Source: the human T2T-CHM13v2.0 reference genome, Homo sapiens. Taken from it: a stretch of DNA of 64,000 nucleotides. The notes under the pieces are model-generated. The model did not search any database. It was not told where the DNA came from and saw only the letters and a program-made list of their open reading frames with translations. Numbering within the stretch: position 1 is the stretch's first letter; each line of letters starts with the position of its first letter. The stretch lies in NCBI RefSeq assembly GCF_009914755.1, contig NC_060927.1; one strand, written 5' to 3'. The position numbers and the translations under genes were made by a program. This document shows, one piece after another, positions 39,450 to 51,600 of the stretch.

Positions 39450-39800
39450 GCAGCCTCAGTGAGACCTATGCATCCAAGCCAAGCGATGCTCCTAACAAGG
39501 CCTGACACTTGCACTCACCATCAATAGATATTAGGGACTACTTGCAGGAATTTTGGTATTGCCATTTCAAAAAAAAAAAAATGCCCATGATTACTATCAG
39601 ACACCCTGTCATCTCATAGAGTTAGCTATTTTTTTTTTCTGGATTTTGGAGAACAGTCTACTACATGAAATTTGATAGGTTGTCTCATCTGGTGCTCACA
39701 ATACCTCCATAAGAAAGAAAAAGTGGTCATTTATAAAATGAGGTAACAAGTTCAATATGATCAAGTGGCTTAGGTATAGTCACTGCTGATGAAGACTCCC
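39450..39800 (+). mobile_element. Possible ancient ERVL-like pol (RT connection/RNase H-like) remnant
   Basis: Hand translation across frameshifts gives LLAG...ELAIF-WILENSLLHEI...GAHNTSIRKKKWSFI, resembling recalled HERV-L LLACYWAL...ELPIMNWVLSDPSSHKVG-AQQHSIIKWKWYI. Confidence 0.35.
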
Positions 39801-40199
39801 AGGCCTGTCAGCTAGGATGGTGTACTTGAGCAATGAATCTGGGAAGCTGACCTTCAGTATATCCTGAGTAACATGTTGAGGCAACCTGATGTACAGGAAA
39901 ACATCTAGGCAGAGTTTCTGTAACTGCAGAGAGGTGCCAAGAGAGGATGAAAAATAAAACCTATAAGGATGCCAAAAAGAAACTTTTTAAGAAACCTGAG
40001 CAAAACTGTGAAGCCTTTTCAGCAACAGCCAGGGCTCTTATGGAGAACTGAAGTCCAGAGAACCTTGACCAATTCATGAGAATGGATGATAAATTATGAA
40101 CCGAATCAATATTCTCTTCCAAAACAAAAGCTGAGACATGCATTATAGATTTAGAAAACACAGAGGCAAGAGAAATCAGAGTACAGGATCACAGTTGAA

Positions 40200-40370
40200 C
40201 CTTAGGTATTCTTGTCTGGCCTCTTTTTAATTTGTTTTACAGATGAGGAAAATAGGGTATAAGAGTTAAACAGATAGCAAACTTGATAAAGCAAGCTAAT
40301 GGCGGCACTTAGACTGAAAACCTGATTCTTCATCTTAATCCAGTGCTCTTCTTACCTCACAGCTCAGCTC
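40200..40370 (-). mobile_element. MIR
   Basis: TTTTACAGATGAGGAAAATAGGG...AGAGTTAAA...ACTTG...GCAAGCTAATGGCGGCA...TCCAGTGCTCTT. Confidence 0.75.
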
Positions 40371-41228
40371 TAACTGTCTGCTACATATAGGAAGGCAGTT
40401 ACAGCTTCTAGAAATTCCTCCCATATTCTGGTTCCAGAATTTTTGCATTAGATACACTACAGGGTGGTCTTCTCTTTCTGTCTCTCTCAAGATTGCAGTG
40501 CTTTGGACTGGGTTTGTTAATGAAAATACCGAAAGGTCTTGCATTGAAGTGCAAAACAGCCATTATTCACACATATGTGAGACAATATCAGACTTAGATC
40601 TCTGTTTTATTTATGGCTTAGATCAAAAGAATAAAGTTCTTACAAAGCCTCTTCACAAGTGGTAGTACTTGTCAAAAAAATTATCTCTTTTGCTCACTGA
40701 CTAATCAGGTAGAGCATCTATGAGTATATGCTTCAAAGGAGGTGCATTTTCATTGTGTCCTGGCATAAATACAGCGTATGTGGCAGCCACATGGAATTTC
40801 AGGGATTTTCCCAGTACCAAAATAAATACTAGCTTTCATGTTTTTTTTTAAAAAAGGAGGAATGACAAGTATCTTTGTAATTTTCCCTCTAATTTATTTA
40901 ATACTTTTCATGAGAAGGTCTAAAAGAAAAACTGAGGTGGCACAGAAATTGCTGTTGGCAATGATTTAAGTACGTGCGCTTTGGTAACACAGAGAAGCAT
41001 AAACATGATAGAAACTATATTTTTAAATACTTTGTGTTCTTCCAGAGGAAAGAAATTTGGCAATTTAACTTTAATTGATGCCCTGAGAATATAGCTGGAA
41101 TGTAAAATGAAAGCCAAGAACCCCCTACCAACAAATCAACTCAGAAATACATCCTATGTAAAGAACCTTTGGAATCAGAACTAAAAAATAACTTTACAGA
41201 CAACGTTAAGCTATATACTTAAAAGTAG

Positions 41229-41546
<318 letters not shown>

Positions 41547-42789
41547 TAAAGAGGTAATCTTAATTTATGACCTGGTGCTAGGAACTCGGTGGTTGTTAAA
41601 TGAATATTTGATGATGAAGCTAAAAGAATTCACTGCAACAATGAGAATACACGTAGATAAACAGATGCACACATTTGTAACATCTGTTGGGTAGTTATTC
41701 AGTGCCAGATACTGCACGAAGTGTTTTAAATGCACTATCCAAAATTTTCTTAAATAGCCAGTGTTAAAACTAAAAAGCAAATTCAGGGCTGCTAACTTTG
41801 AAGACCAAAAATTAAATTACTAAACTGTAGTGACCTCTTTTTATTATCAAATCTACCATAAATAATTTTCCATCAATTCTTTTTGCTTAGAAACATCAAA
41901 GGAAATAATTCTTGCTATTTCTATTTTAATAACATATGCAAAAAAAATGTCCTTTGCTTTCACAGCTTTTCTTCCAGGGATACCACATTCAAATTCACCA
42001 CGGATAAGGGTTGAAAAAAAATTTACAAGAGAGAAAGACTTGCACAGCCAAATCAGTCTACAGTTTCACAAATACATAAAATGGTATAATTCAGTATGTC
42101 TGACTATTCCATTATTAGACGTATTAAAAAGATGGATAGTGTCAGCTCCAGGGTATGTTATCTCTTGTTCAGTCTCAAGCTAGCATGTCTATAGTGCACC
42201 AAATGATTCATAATATAGACCTTTAGAGAAGCTGAATGTAACTAAAACATGAAATAGGTTTGGCATATTAAACTAATCTGCTTTGGTAAGTGACCTTTCT
42301 GCAGCAGGCAAGCAACTATTCCATGGGTGCCCTGTTGACGTTTTCACTCTGATAGGCCTCGTCACACAGTTTTATCTTGTTTCCCCAGCTCCCTTCCATT
42401 GATCATTTCTCTCTTGGGATAATGTGCTCAACAGTTATGTAAATCAAAGTGAAATATTCTTAGTTATCTACTTTTTCTGTTACATTGTCTGGATTTGGAC
42501 ATAATTGCTCCTTTTGTTCATTATTCCATGTTGATGAAACTTAAAGTGAAAATGTAAAACAAAAAACAGTGTCTACCATAGATACAGACATCAGTACATA
42601 AGAAAATATCCTAAGTTTCTTTGTTCTGGAGAAATTTCTGGAAATATCTGTTAAATTCATGATAAATTTCACCCAGAATTACTGATTTCCAAGTACATGC
42701 AGTGTTGAGAGCTGGACTCTAGAAGTGTTTTGTTCTACTACCCCTCTGTGTTTTCTTTTTCCTCTTTTCACTTAGATATCAGGATTAAA

Positions 42790-44340
42790 ATAAATTTATT
42801 ATTATAAAGTTGAAAAATATACAAATATCCAGGAAAATAATTTTAAAATCAGGTATTATCTTATAGTTCAAAAATAGTAAGTTATCATTTTATTGATGTT
42901 CTCCCAGACATTTTTAGTGCATGTGTTTGTGTGTTTGTGTGTGTGAGTGGTTGTTTTTATACCTAAACTGGGATGATAAATTGCCTTGTTATTACTTGGA
43001 GCACATTTTTCTCACTCATCTCTATGACAAGTTCATTTTGCATATTTATTAATTTTCTATGCCTACATATAAAATTACCTCAGAATTTAGCAGCTTAAGA
43101 GAACCTGTATTTATTGTCTTATGGTTTATGTGGGTATGATAACCTGGGTTCTCTAGACCAAGGAGCCACACAAGGCTAAGACTATGGTGTCAGCCAGGGC
43201 CAGAGTCATCTCAAGGTTCAGTTGGAGCATGGCTCAATTCTAAGCCATCTTAGTGATTCTTTGTGGGTTGCTGGATTGAGGGCTTCAGTTCTTCACTGTC
43301 TGTTGGCTGGTAGCTACCAAAGAGATGAAAATTAAACATGAGACCCTATTTTTTACCAAAATATTAAAGTGATTAAAATGATAAGAATACCCTGATTGAA
43401 GCTTTTCTCTCATGTATTGTTGATGGGATTGTATATTAGCAATATAATTCTGGATTGAGATTGGGAAGAATGTTTGGAAGAATGCAGCTACCTTCAGTTC
43501 CTTGACACATGGGTCTCCTTATTCAGAAACGCAGAGCATGGCAACTTGCTTCATCTGAGCCAAATAGTGAGAAGATCCAGAGAAAATGTGTGAGCAACAT
43601 GGAAGCCACAATTTTTCAAAGCCTAATTTCAGAAGTCAAAACAAACCATCACTTTCATTGCATCCCATTATTAGAAGCAAGTCGCTGTGTCCAGCCACCC
43701 TTAAGTGGAAGGGATACACACAGGGCGTTACAAGAAGGTGGGCTTATGGGGACCCTGTTAATTGTTAAGCATAATGCACTTTCTTTTACAAATATTCTTT
43801 AGGCATTCATTATTATTTCCTTAAGATGTTTACTGACTGGAGCATCATTTGCTGAAGATGAGCACAAAATTTAAGACTCTTGAAATATTCTTCCAAATCT
43901 CAATCCAGAATTATATTGCTAATATACAATCCCATTAGCAATATATTAGAGAAAATTCCACTTCCTTTAACCCTCACTGAGGGTATTATTGTCATTTTAA
44001 TCACTTTAATATTTTGGTAAAAAATAGGGCCTCACATTTAATTTTCATCTCTTTAGTAACTCATGAAGTTGAATGTTTTTGTTTTACATATGCTTATGAG
44101 ACATTTGGGTATTTTTCATTATCAATTGTTCATATTATGTTCAATTTTCTTATTGAGTCATGATATATTGATTTATCAGTGAACTGTATATTAAGAATAT
44201 TATGCAGTTGTCTACCTTATGTCGAGTTAACATTGATTGCAAATTTTTCATCTGCCTTTTCAGCAAATAAAAGTCTTTATATAGTAACATATTTTCTTCA
44301 TTGAAATCTAATACAACAATTACCCACTTGTGTTCCAATG
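42790..44340 (-). mobile_element. Ancient L1ME-like 3' remnant interrupted by an MLT1F-like LTR
   Basis: Antisense L1M motifs: TTTAATTTTCATCTCTTTAGTAACTCATGAAGTTGAATGTTTT, CATTTGGGTATTTTT, ATTGCAAATTTTT. Confidence 0.65.
43043..43765 (-). mobile_element. MLT1F-like LTR carrying a foreign insert at 43319-43485
   Basis: GGTGTCAGCCAGGGC...GTCATCTCAAGG, CTGGATTGAGGGCTTCAGTTC...GTTGGCTGG. It resumes CAGTTCCTTGACACATGGG...CATGGCAACTTGCTTCATC...CTAATTTCAGAAGT. Confidence 0.8.
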
Positions 44341-44546
44341 ATGTTTCTTGCAACAACAGAAACACATAAAAACAAACAGATACAAAACATATTTAAAATT
44401 GGACAATTCAGTGCTTTGCAAGATCCCACAGAAGCAGAGAGGTTCAGAAACTGAGGTTTTTGAAAAAGTACAGAAAAATAACTATGCAGCTAGAAGCTGC
44501 CTAACCTTAAAATGAAGAATTTACTTAAGGAGAGAGAACAGTATTT

Positions 44547-45003
44547 TATACTACAGGCCAATTTTCCATGTGGCCTTGGATCAACCCAGTTCCTCCCTAT
44601 TTTCTGCTTGTAGTTCTTGGGAATAACTGTAGAACTTGCTGGGAATGCAAAATCCTGAGATAAGGAGGGATTGACCAGAACGGCCTGAGCAGTGTTCCAG
44701 TCCCCCCTAGAAACAGGATGTTCTTCAATGCTTCAGCTCAGCACTTTATGTGACTGCTGGGGTATAAAACCTAGGACAGGTTACTTTCTAGGTTTCCTCA
44801 GCTGTGGTTCAAGTGGAGCAAGTGCAGACCAGCCTCCATCTACCCTAGGCAGCTTTCCTGAGCCTTTGGAAACCAGTTTCTGTTGTCTCTATTACCTGTC
44901 TGTAAGTAATAAATCCATTTCATGTAAGTTGTGTATGTTGGTCTTCTGTCTCACTGGACTCAGACAAGTTGGTAATCAGTGCACAATGAACCGTTTTTAT
45001 ACA
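44547..45003 (+). mobile_element. Solo LTR (ERVL-class, LTR47-like; subfamily uncertain)
   Basis: GAATAACTGTAGAACTTGCTGGGAATGCAAAATCCTGAGATAAGG; TATA box GGTATAAAA at ~44762; AATAAA at ~44908; ends ...GTGCACAATGAACC...ACA. Confidence 0.72.
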
Positions 45004-45193
45004 AACAACTGCCAAGTGATGTTAAACTTTGAAAAGAGAGAGGAAAAAAGAGTAGCAGCCTTATTTTATTATTGTCACTACAAGTAAAACTTGAGCCAGC
45101 AATCTACATTATTTAGCAAAAATTTTAGTGTGAGATCTGTATATCTTTATGCTGTGACACTGAATGAAGAATGGCCATAAGTGGTCTAAAGCT

Positions 45194-45635
45194 TTTGATG
45201 GTTAATACTGTGTGTCAAGTTGATTGGATAGAAGGATACAAAGTATTGATCCTGGGTGTGTCTGTGAGGGTGTTGCCAAAGGAGATTAACATTTGAGTCA
45301 GTGGGCTGGGAAATGCTGACCCACCCTTAATCTGAGTGGGCACAATCTAATCAGCTGCCAGTGTGGCTAGGATATAAGGAGGCAGAAAAATGTCAAAAGA
45401 GAGACTGGCCTAGCCTCCCAGCCTACATCTTTCTCCCGTACTGGATACTTCCTGCCCTCAAACATCAGACTCCTAGTTCTTCAGTTTTGGAACTCAGACT
45501 GGCTCTCCTTGCCCTTCAGGCTGCAGAAGGACTATTGTGGGACCTTGTGATTGTGTGAGTCAATACTTAATAAACTTTCCTTTATATATATATCTCTCTT
45601 CCCTTAGTTGTGTCCCTCTAGAGAAACCTAATACA
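45194..45635 (+). mobile_element. MLT2A1-like solo LTR (HERV-L)
   Basis: TGATGGTTAATACTG.GTGTCAA.TTGATTGGAT.GAAGGATACAAAGTATTGATCCTGGGTGTGTCTGTGAGGGTGTTGCCAAAGGAGATTAACATTTGAGTCAGTGG ... CCCTCTAGAGAAACCTAATACA. Confidence 0.92.
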
Positions 45636-46308
45636 AATACCAACTTGACTACCATACATGTTAAACATATTCACACAATTATAAGACAATGTTGGAAGAT
45701 ATCATCTAAAGTTCTAACTAGCCAATTTGATTCATAATTGAATTTTATTAATGAATTTATATTTATTAATATAAAATTGAATTTTATATTAATTTATTAA
45801 TATAAAAACTATTTATATTAGTAGTTAGCCAATTTAATCAACTTTTTCTTTAAACATTGTAAGCACATTAGTAAATATATGTAATTCTTCTCATTATTCC
45901 CCATCCTTAGGGAAAAGCCTCTGCTCTTTTTGCACAGTAGTCAAGGCATAATTTAACTATCATCATATTGACACACTGTCTCTATTCTTACCCTCCTAGA
46001 TGAGAACAGTCTCTGAATTAACAATTCATTTTTCCACCATTTAATTCAGATTGTTTATTGTCATTTTTAATTGTTTTGTTACTGTTTAAAATGATTATAT
46101 TTAGAAATGAAACTATATTTTCAAACATAGTTGATACACCTGAGAGCTACTAAAGAGCTGCAACGTAAACCTAAACCGATGTGACACCTTCAGATACAAA
46201 TGGCAGATTGAACACATGTTTTCATCTTTACTCCCTTTTAAACTGTTTAAATGAGTTGTGATAGAACCACACGATAGAGTGCTAAACACTGGTCAAAAAC
46301 AAGAAGAC

Positions 46309-46610
46309 AGCTGGGAGCAGTCACTCATGCCTGTAAACCCAGCACTTTGGGAAGCCAAGGCCAAAGCCTTGCTTGAGGACAGGAGTTTGAGATCAGTCTG
46401 GTCAACATAGTGAGACCCAGTCTTCACAATAACTTTATATTTTTTAAATTAGCCAGATGTGGTGGCATGTACCGGTAGTCTCAGTTATTCCACAGGCTGA
46501 AGCAGGAGGATCACTTGAGCCCAGAGTTCAAGGTTGCAGTGAGATATGATAGAACCACTAAACTTCAGTCTAGGTGACAGAGGGACACCCTGTCTCCAAA
46601 AGAAAAAAAA
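46309..46610 (+). mobile_element. AluJ
   Basis: Sense dimer with GGAGGATCACTTGAGCCCAG; TSD-like AAGAAGAC/AAGGAGAC. Confidence 0.93.
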
Positions 46611-47700
46611 AAGGAGACTACTTTAACATACTGCTATGAGCAATTTTTAGCATATATTTAGTGAAAAAAAGCAAGGAAAAAATAAGTGTGAATAATATAT
46701 CATGTTGCTTAAGGAATATAAGTACATACATATTTAATTTTTTTAAATAGAAAAGTAAAACAAAGCTAACAAGCAAAATTGACTGGCAAAGAGAATGAGA
46801 AAACAGAATGAACACAGGATCTAAAATCTTTAAATATACCTTATTTGTATATTTGACTTTGGAACCATATTTTGATTTTAATGTTTTTAAAAATTTAACG
46901 CTTTTTATGTTTTAATGTTTTCCACAAAATATTTAAATATTTTTAAAAACCCTTAAAATTAAAAAGATTAAATGGAAGAGTAAATTGAGATTTCAATTCA
47001 GTTAACTTTCAAAATGGTAATTTTACACAAGATATCTTGTAGGATATATCCTAAAATAAAATAAACTAGAAGTCTTAAAGTGATTTAATATTCATATCAT
47101 TATAAGTAATTTTGTATTCTGAAACAAACACAAACACACATATATGACATACAGCATGCTTGTATATACATAAGAATTATATATATATTCTTGAATATAT
47201 ATTACATATACACACATGTGTATATATGTACAATTGGGTTGTTTCATATATGTACATATGAAACATATATACATATATGAAACAACCCCAATTGTCCAAT
47301 AATAGGAGAACTGTTGAAAACAACAACAGAAAGAACAACAATAACCAAACTATGGTATATCTGCACTTAGGTATATCTATGATTAAAGAAGTTCATAAAA
47401 TTACTTAAATTTGTTAATGTGGAAGAGAACAAGAATTTCAGCTTCAGAGAAAAGGTATATAATGAAAAGCACTTTTAAATAAAAACTTAACAATTTAAAT
47501 ATGCATTGGAAATGTTAATGGGAATTCAAGATGCACCAACTGGCTCCCAGTACAGATAAGAATATTTACATTAGAACTTTGAACAACAAAAATACTTAGC
47601 TGGCTAACAACTCAAAAGCATCTATTTTACCTCTTCAGGTATAAAATCACATATTTCCAGATTATTTATAATGGTATTATTTGTACTGAAAAATGAGTTA

Positions 47701-48108
<408 letters not shown>

Positions 48109-48135
48109 AATAACAAAACAGTGCCATATCTATAC

Positions 48136-48669
48136 CAATGGATCTCAATGTGAGACGATTTTGCTCCTTACAATATAATTGGCAATGTTTGGATAGATTT
48201 TTGATTGTCACAACTGAAGGCAAGGATCCTACTGGCCTCTAGTCAGTACAGGCTGGTGAATTTTCCGCAATGTATCTGCAAACTCCTCACAAGAAATAAT
48301 ATTTGGTACAAAATATAATCAGCCCTTCATATCAGCAGGATTCACATCCTCAGATTCAACCAACTACAAATTGAAATATTTAAAAATAAAAACAATACAG
48401 CAATAAAAATAATATCAATAAAAATGTCATATAACAACTATGTATATAGCATTTAATTGTATTAGTTATTACCAGCAATCTAGAGGTGATTGAAAATATG
48501 TGGAAGGATTTGTGTAGGTTATATTCAAACACTGTGCCATTTTATAAAAAGGACTTGAGTATTCAGGGATTTTGGAATCTGTAGGGGGTCCTGGAACAAA
48601 TATTGCCTCTCTCTTCTTGTAAATACCAAAGAATGACTGGAGCAATAGTGCTGAGTTTGAGAAACCCTG
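48136..48669 (+). mobile_element. MER20 (hAT-Charlie MITE) split by Tigger3a
   Basis: CAATGGATCTCAA...TGGCAATGTTTGGA...GATTGTCACAACTG | CAATAGTGCTGAGTTTGAGAAACCCTG. 8 bp TSD ATCTATAC/ATGTATAC. Confidence 0.85.
48316..48639 (+). mobile_element. Tigger3a/MER7A-like DNA transposon
   Basis: TCAGCCCTTCATATC...GATTCAACCAAC...ATAACAACTAT...AATCTAGAGGTGATT...GGACTTGAGTAT...GGGGGTCCTGGAAC...ATGACTG. Confidence 0.85.
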
Positions 48670-49428
48670 ATGTATACTGCTACTGTACATCCATAGTAAA
48701 GAATAAAAAATTGTCTTCCTATATTAATTTAGGCATATCTACAGCTTATAATAAAGAGAAAAATCAAGATATAAAACAGTGTATCCAAAAAACTAACTTT
48801 AGAATTTTAGGTGGGATTTGGGATGATAACAATCTTTTTCTTTATATGCCCCCACAGCGACATACACATATGCTTTTATTTCCAAGAAGTAACAATGGAA
48901 TTGGTAATAATTACTACATATGGAAGAGAGAAAGAACAGGGCAGAGAAAGCAGAAATGGAGGCAAGATTTATCTGTGTATATCATATAACTTACTGAGGA
49001 GTTTTGACTTCTGTTAGGGAAAATGCAATACTTGATTAAAATTATTTAACTATCAAAAAGAAAATCAAAATCAAATGTAGAACAATATAGTCAAAGTAAG
49101 ATATTCTCAGAATACTTGTAAGAGCCAAGAAAATCTTCTAGGTAGATGAACACAAAGGGAAATATGAACAATAGTAGACAAAGCACAGAAAATTATGGGA
49201 TTAATCCATTTTTAAAAGAAGTTCCTGAAATACAAGACAGAAAAGTGAAGTAGGAAGGACTTTTCAAATACATTCTTCAGTATTTCCCTGAACTTAACAA
49301 TTGAACCTCTAAATAGAAAGGGGCTCTTAAGTATTAAAATGAATAACAGAAATCCACACTAAAGCCCATCATTGTATAATCCATAACACCAAACATTTTA
49401 AAAAGGAGGTATGGACTTCAAAGGATTT

Positions 49429-49733
<305 letters not shown>

Positions 49734-49757
49734 CTTCAAACCCTTCAAAGAATTTAT

Positions 49758-49780
49758 ACACACACACACACACACACACA
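49758..49780. repeat. (CA)n microsatellite
   Basis: Read directly. Confidence 0.95.
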
Positions 49781-49879
49781 ACCTACAGAAAGAATTAACT
49801 ATTCAAAAAGCATCATGCTCTTAAGGACAATACTAGCTGCTAAAGCATTGAAGCAGCATGTCCAAATTCTGAGGTTCAG

Positions 49880-50175
49880 TGGATGTTGGCAAAAGTGGGG
49901 TATGTTAATTCCAGATCTGCTCCTCAATGATGTCTTAGTTTTCTCCATACTCTTTCTCTTTATTTGGCTGCCAGGCACATGTAGAAACTTTTCTGCAGGA
50001 ATCTAGATGTCAGCAGATCCCCACAGTGCAAAGAGTCAGTCTCAGCTTTTGGAGCTGAGTCCTCACTCTGACCTAAGTTAGATAAGAAGTGGGTATGAAA
50101 TACTCTTTTATTATTTAAAGCCACTAAAATAATTGAGTAGTTTATTTCAGCAGTTAGCATACCCCGACTGATACA
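49880..50175 (+). mobile_element. Old MLT1 (J/I-like) LTR fragment
   Basis: TTATTTAAAGCCACT...TTTATTTCAGCAGTTAGCATACCCCGACTGATACA terminus. Confidence 0.55.
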
Positions 50176-51031
50176 CATAGGATTTAGATAAGAAGATCCT
50201 ACACAGTGGAAAGGTAATGAGAAGTCCAAGATCAAAAGCAGTTAAATAGGACTAAAAGCAATCAATCCAATTGAACAATCCAGGAGAGGAGGTCTCTGGG
50301 TGACAAATGGTTAACTGATAGGTTTACAGGGAAATTTACTTTCAAAGACTGTTGGAGTGAATGGGAAGAAAATTCAGAATTGTATTTCTTTTAATGAGGA
50401 AATAGTAACTCCAGGAAAAGCAATGAGAAGAAAGATAATCATGGTATATTACTTGGATTAGCAATGACATACATACAGTCAAAATTTGTGATGGAGAATA
50501 GAAAGACCATAGGAGATTTGAAGCTCGCTATGTAAAAATAATGCATACATATTAATTGGAAACATGTATGTAAATATCAAAATAGGCAGTTAAGGTTATT
50601 GAAAGTGACTATCTCTCTAGAATGAGCAGACTAGTGTAACAGGGAGCGAAGAGGCAACCCGTCTCTCTGTTGCCTCTCCTTATACAATATTTAGTGCTGT
50701 TTAACTATGTGTGTGTATATATATGTGTACCTATGTATGTGTGCATGTATAAATGTACAATTTTAGATTAAAATTTAAATTTATTTGATAAAATAAAATT
50801 AAGTTTGAGCAGGCAGAATGCGGTTTGGAGCAATAATTATAAGAAAAAGTTGATTGAAAGCAGCCACTTTTGTATTCACATTCCTCTCCAATTTATTGTT
50901 CAATCTTCTGTCCACTATGCACATCTGGATAATATATTTTCTTGTTCTCCTAATATAGTTTGCTTAGTTGACCCTTTATTTATACCTATTGACACTCTTG
51001 TTGGAATACTCTCTCTTTTCCTCTATACTAT

Positions 51032-51600
51032 TGAGAGGTTAAGCCAGCTGGACTTCCTGGATCGAGTGGGGACTTGGAGAACTTTTCTGTCTTAAAAGAG
51101 GATTGTAAAATGCACAAATCAGTGCTCTGTAAAAACGCACCAATCAGCACTCTGTAAAAATGCACCAATCAGCGCTCTGTAGCTAGCAAGAGGATTGTAA
51201 AATGCACCAATCAGTGCTCTGTAAAACCCACCAATCAGCACTCTGTAAAATGCACCAATCAGCATTCTGTAAAACACACCAATCGGCAGGATCCTAAAAG
51301 TAGCCAATCACAGGGAGGATTGAGAAAGGGGCCCTCTAATAGGACCAAAACGGAACATGGGATGGAACAAACAAGGGAGTAAAAGCTGTCCCCCCCAGCC
51401 AGCAGCTGCAACGGACTGGGGTCCCCTTCGAGGTTGTGGAAGCATTGTTATTTTGTTCTTCACAGTAAACCTTGCTACCGCCCACTCTTTGGCTCTGTAC
51501 TATCTTTAAGAGCTGTAACACTCACCGCAAAGGTCCGCGGCTTCATTCCTGAAGTCAGTGAGACCACGAACCTACTGAAAGGAAACCTACTCTGGACACA
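51032..51600 (+). mobile_element. LTR12-family (HERV9) solo LTR
   Basis: TGAGAGGTTAAGCCAGCTGGACTTCCTGG...; tandem CACCAATCAGCACTCTGTAAAA units; GAGCTGTAACACTCACCGC; ends CTGGACACA. Perfect 4 bp TSD CTAT. Confidence 0.95.
51100..51312 (+). promoter_or_regulatory. Array of CCAAT boxes (potential NF-Y sites) in LTR12 U3
   Basis: Seven intact CCAATC motifs plus one mutated (CAAATC) in ~21-23 bp repeat units. Activity is not shown by the sequence. Confidence 0.6.

Noticed and set aside
44692-45087. 131 aa ORF
   Set aside because: GTG start and mostly inside a solo LTR.
51100-51290. Regularly spaced ~22 bp repeats resembling a CRISPR array
   Set aside because: No unique spacers and no cas genes; this is the known tandem CCAAT repeat of LTR12 U3.
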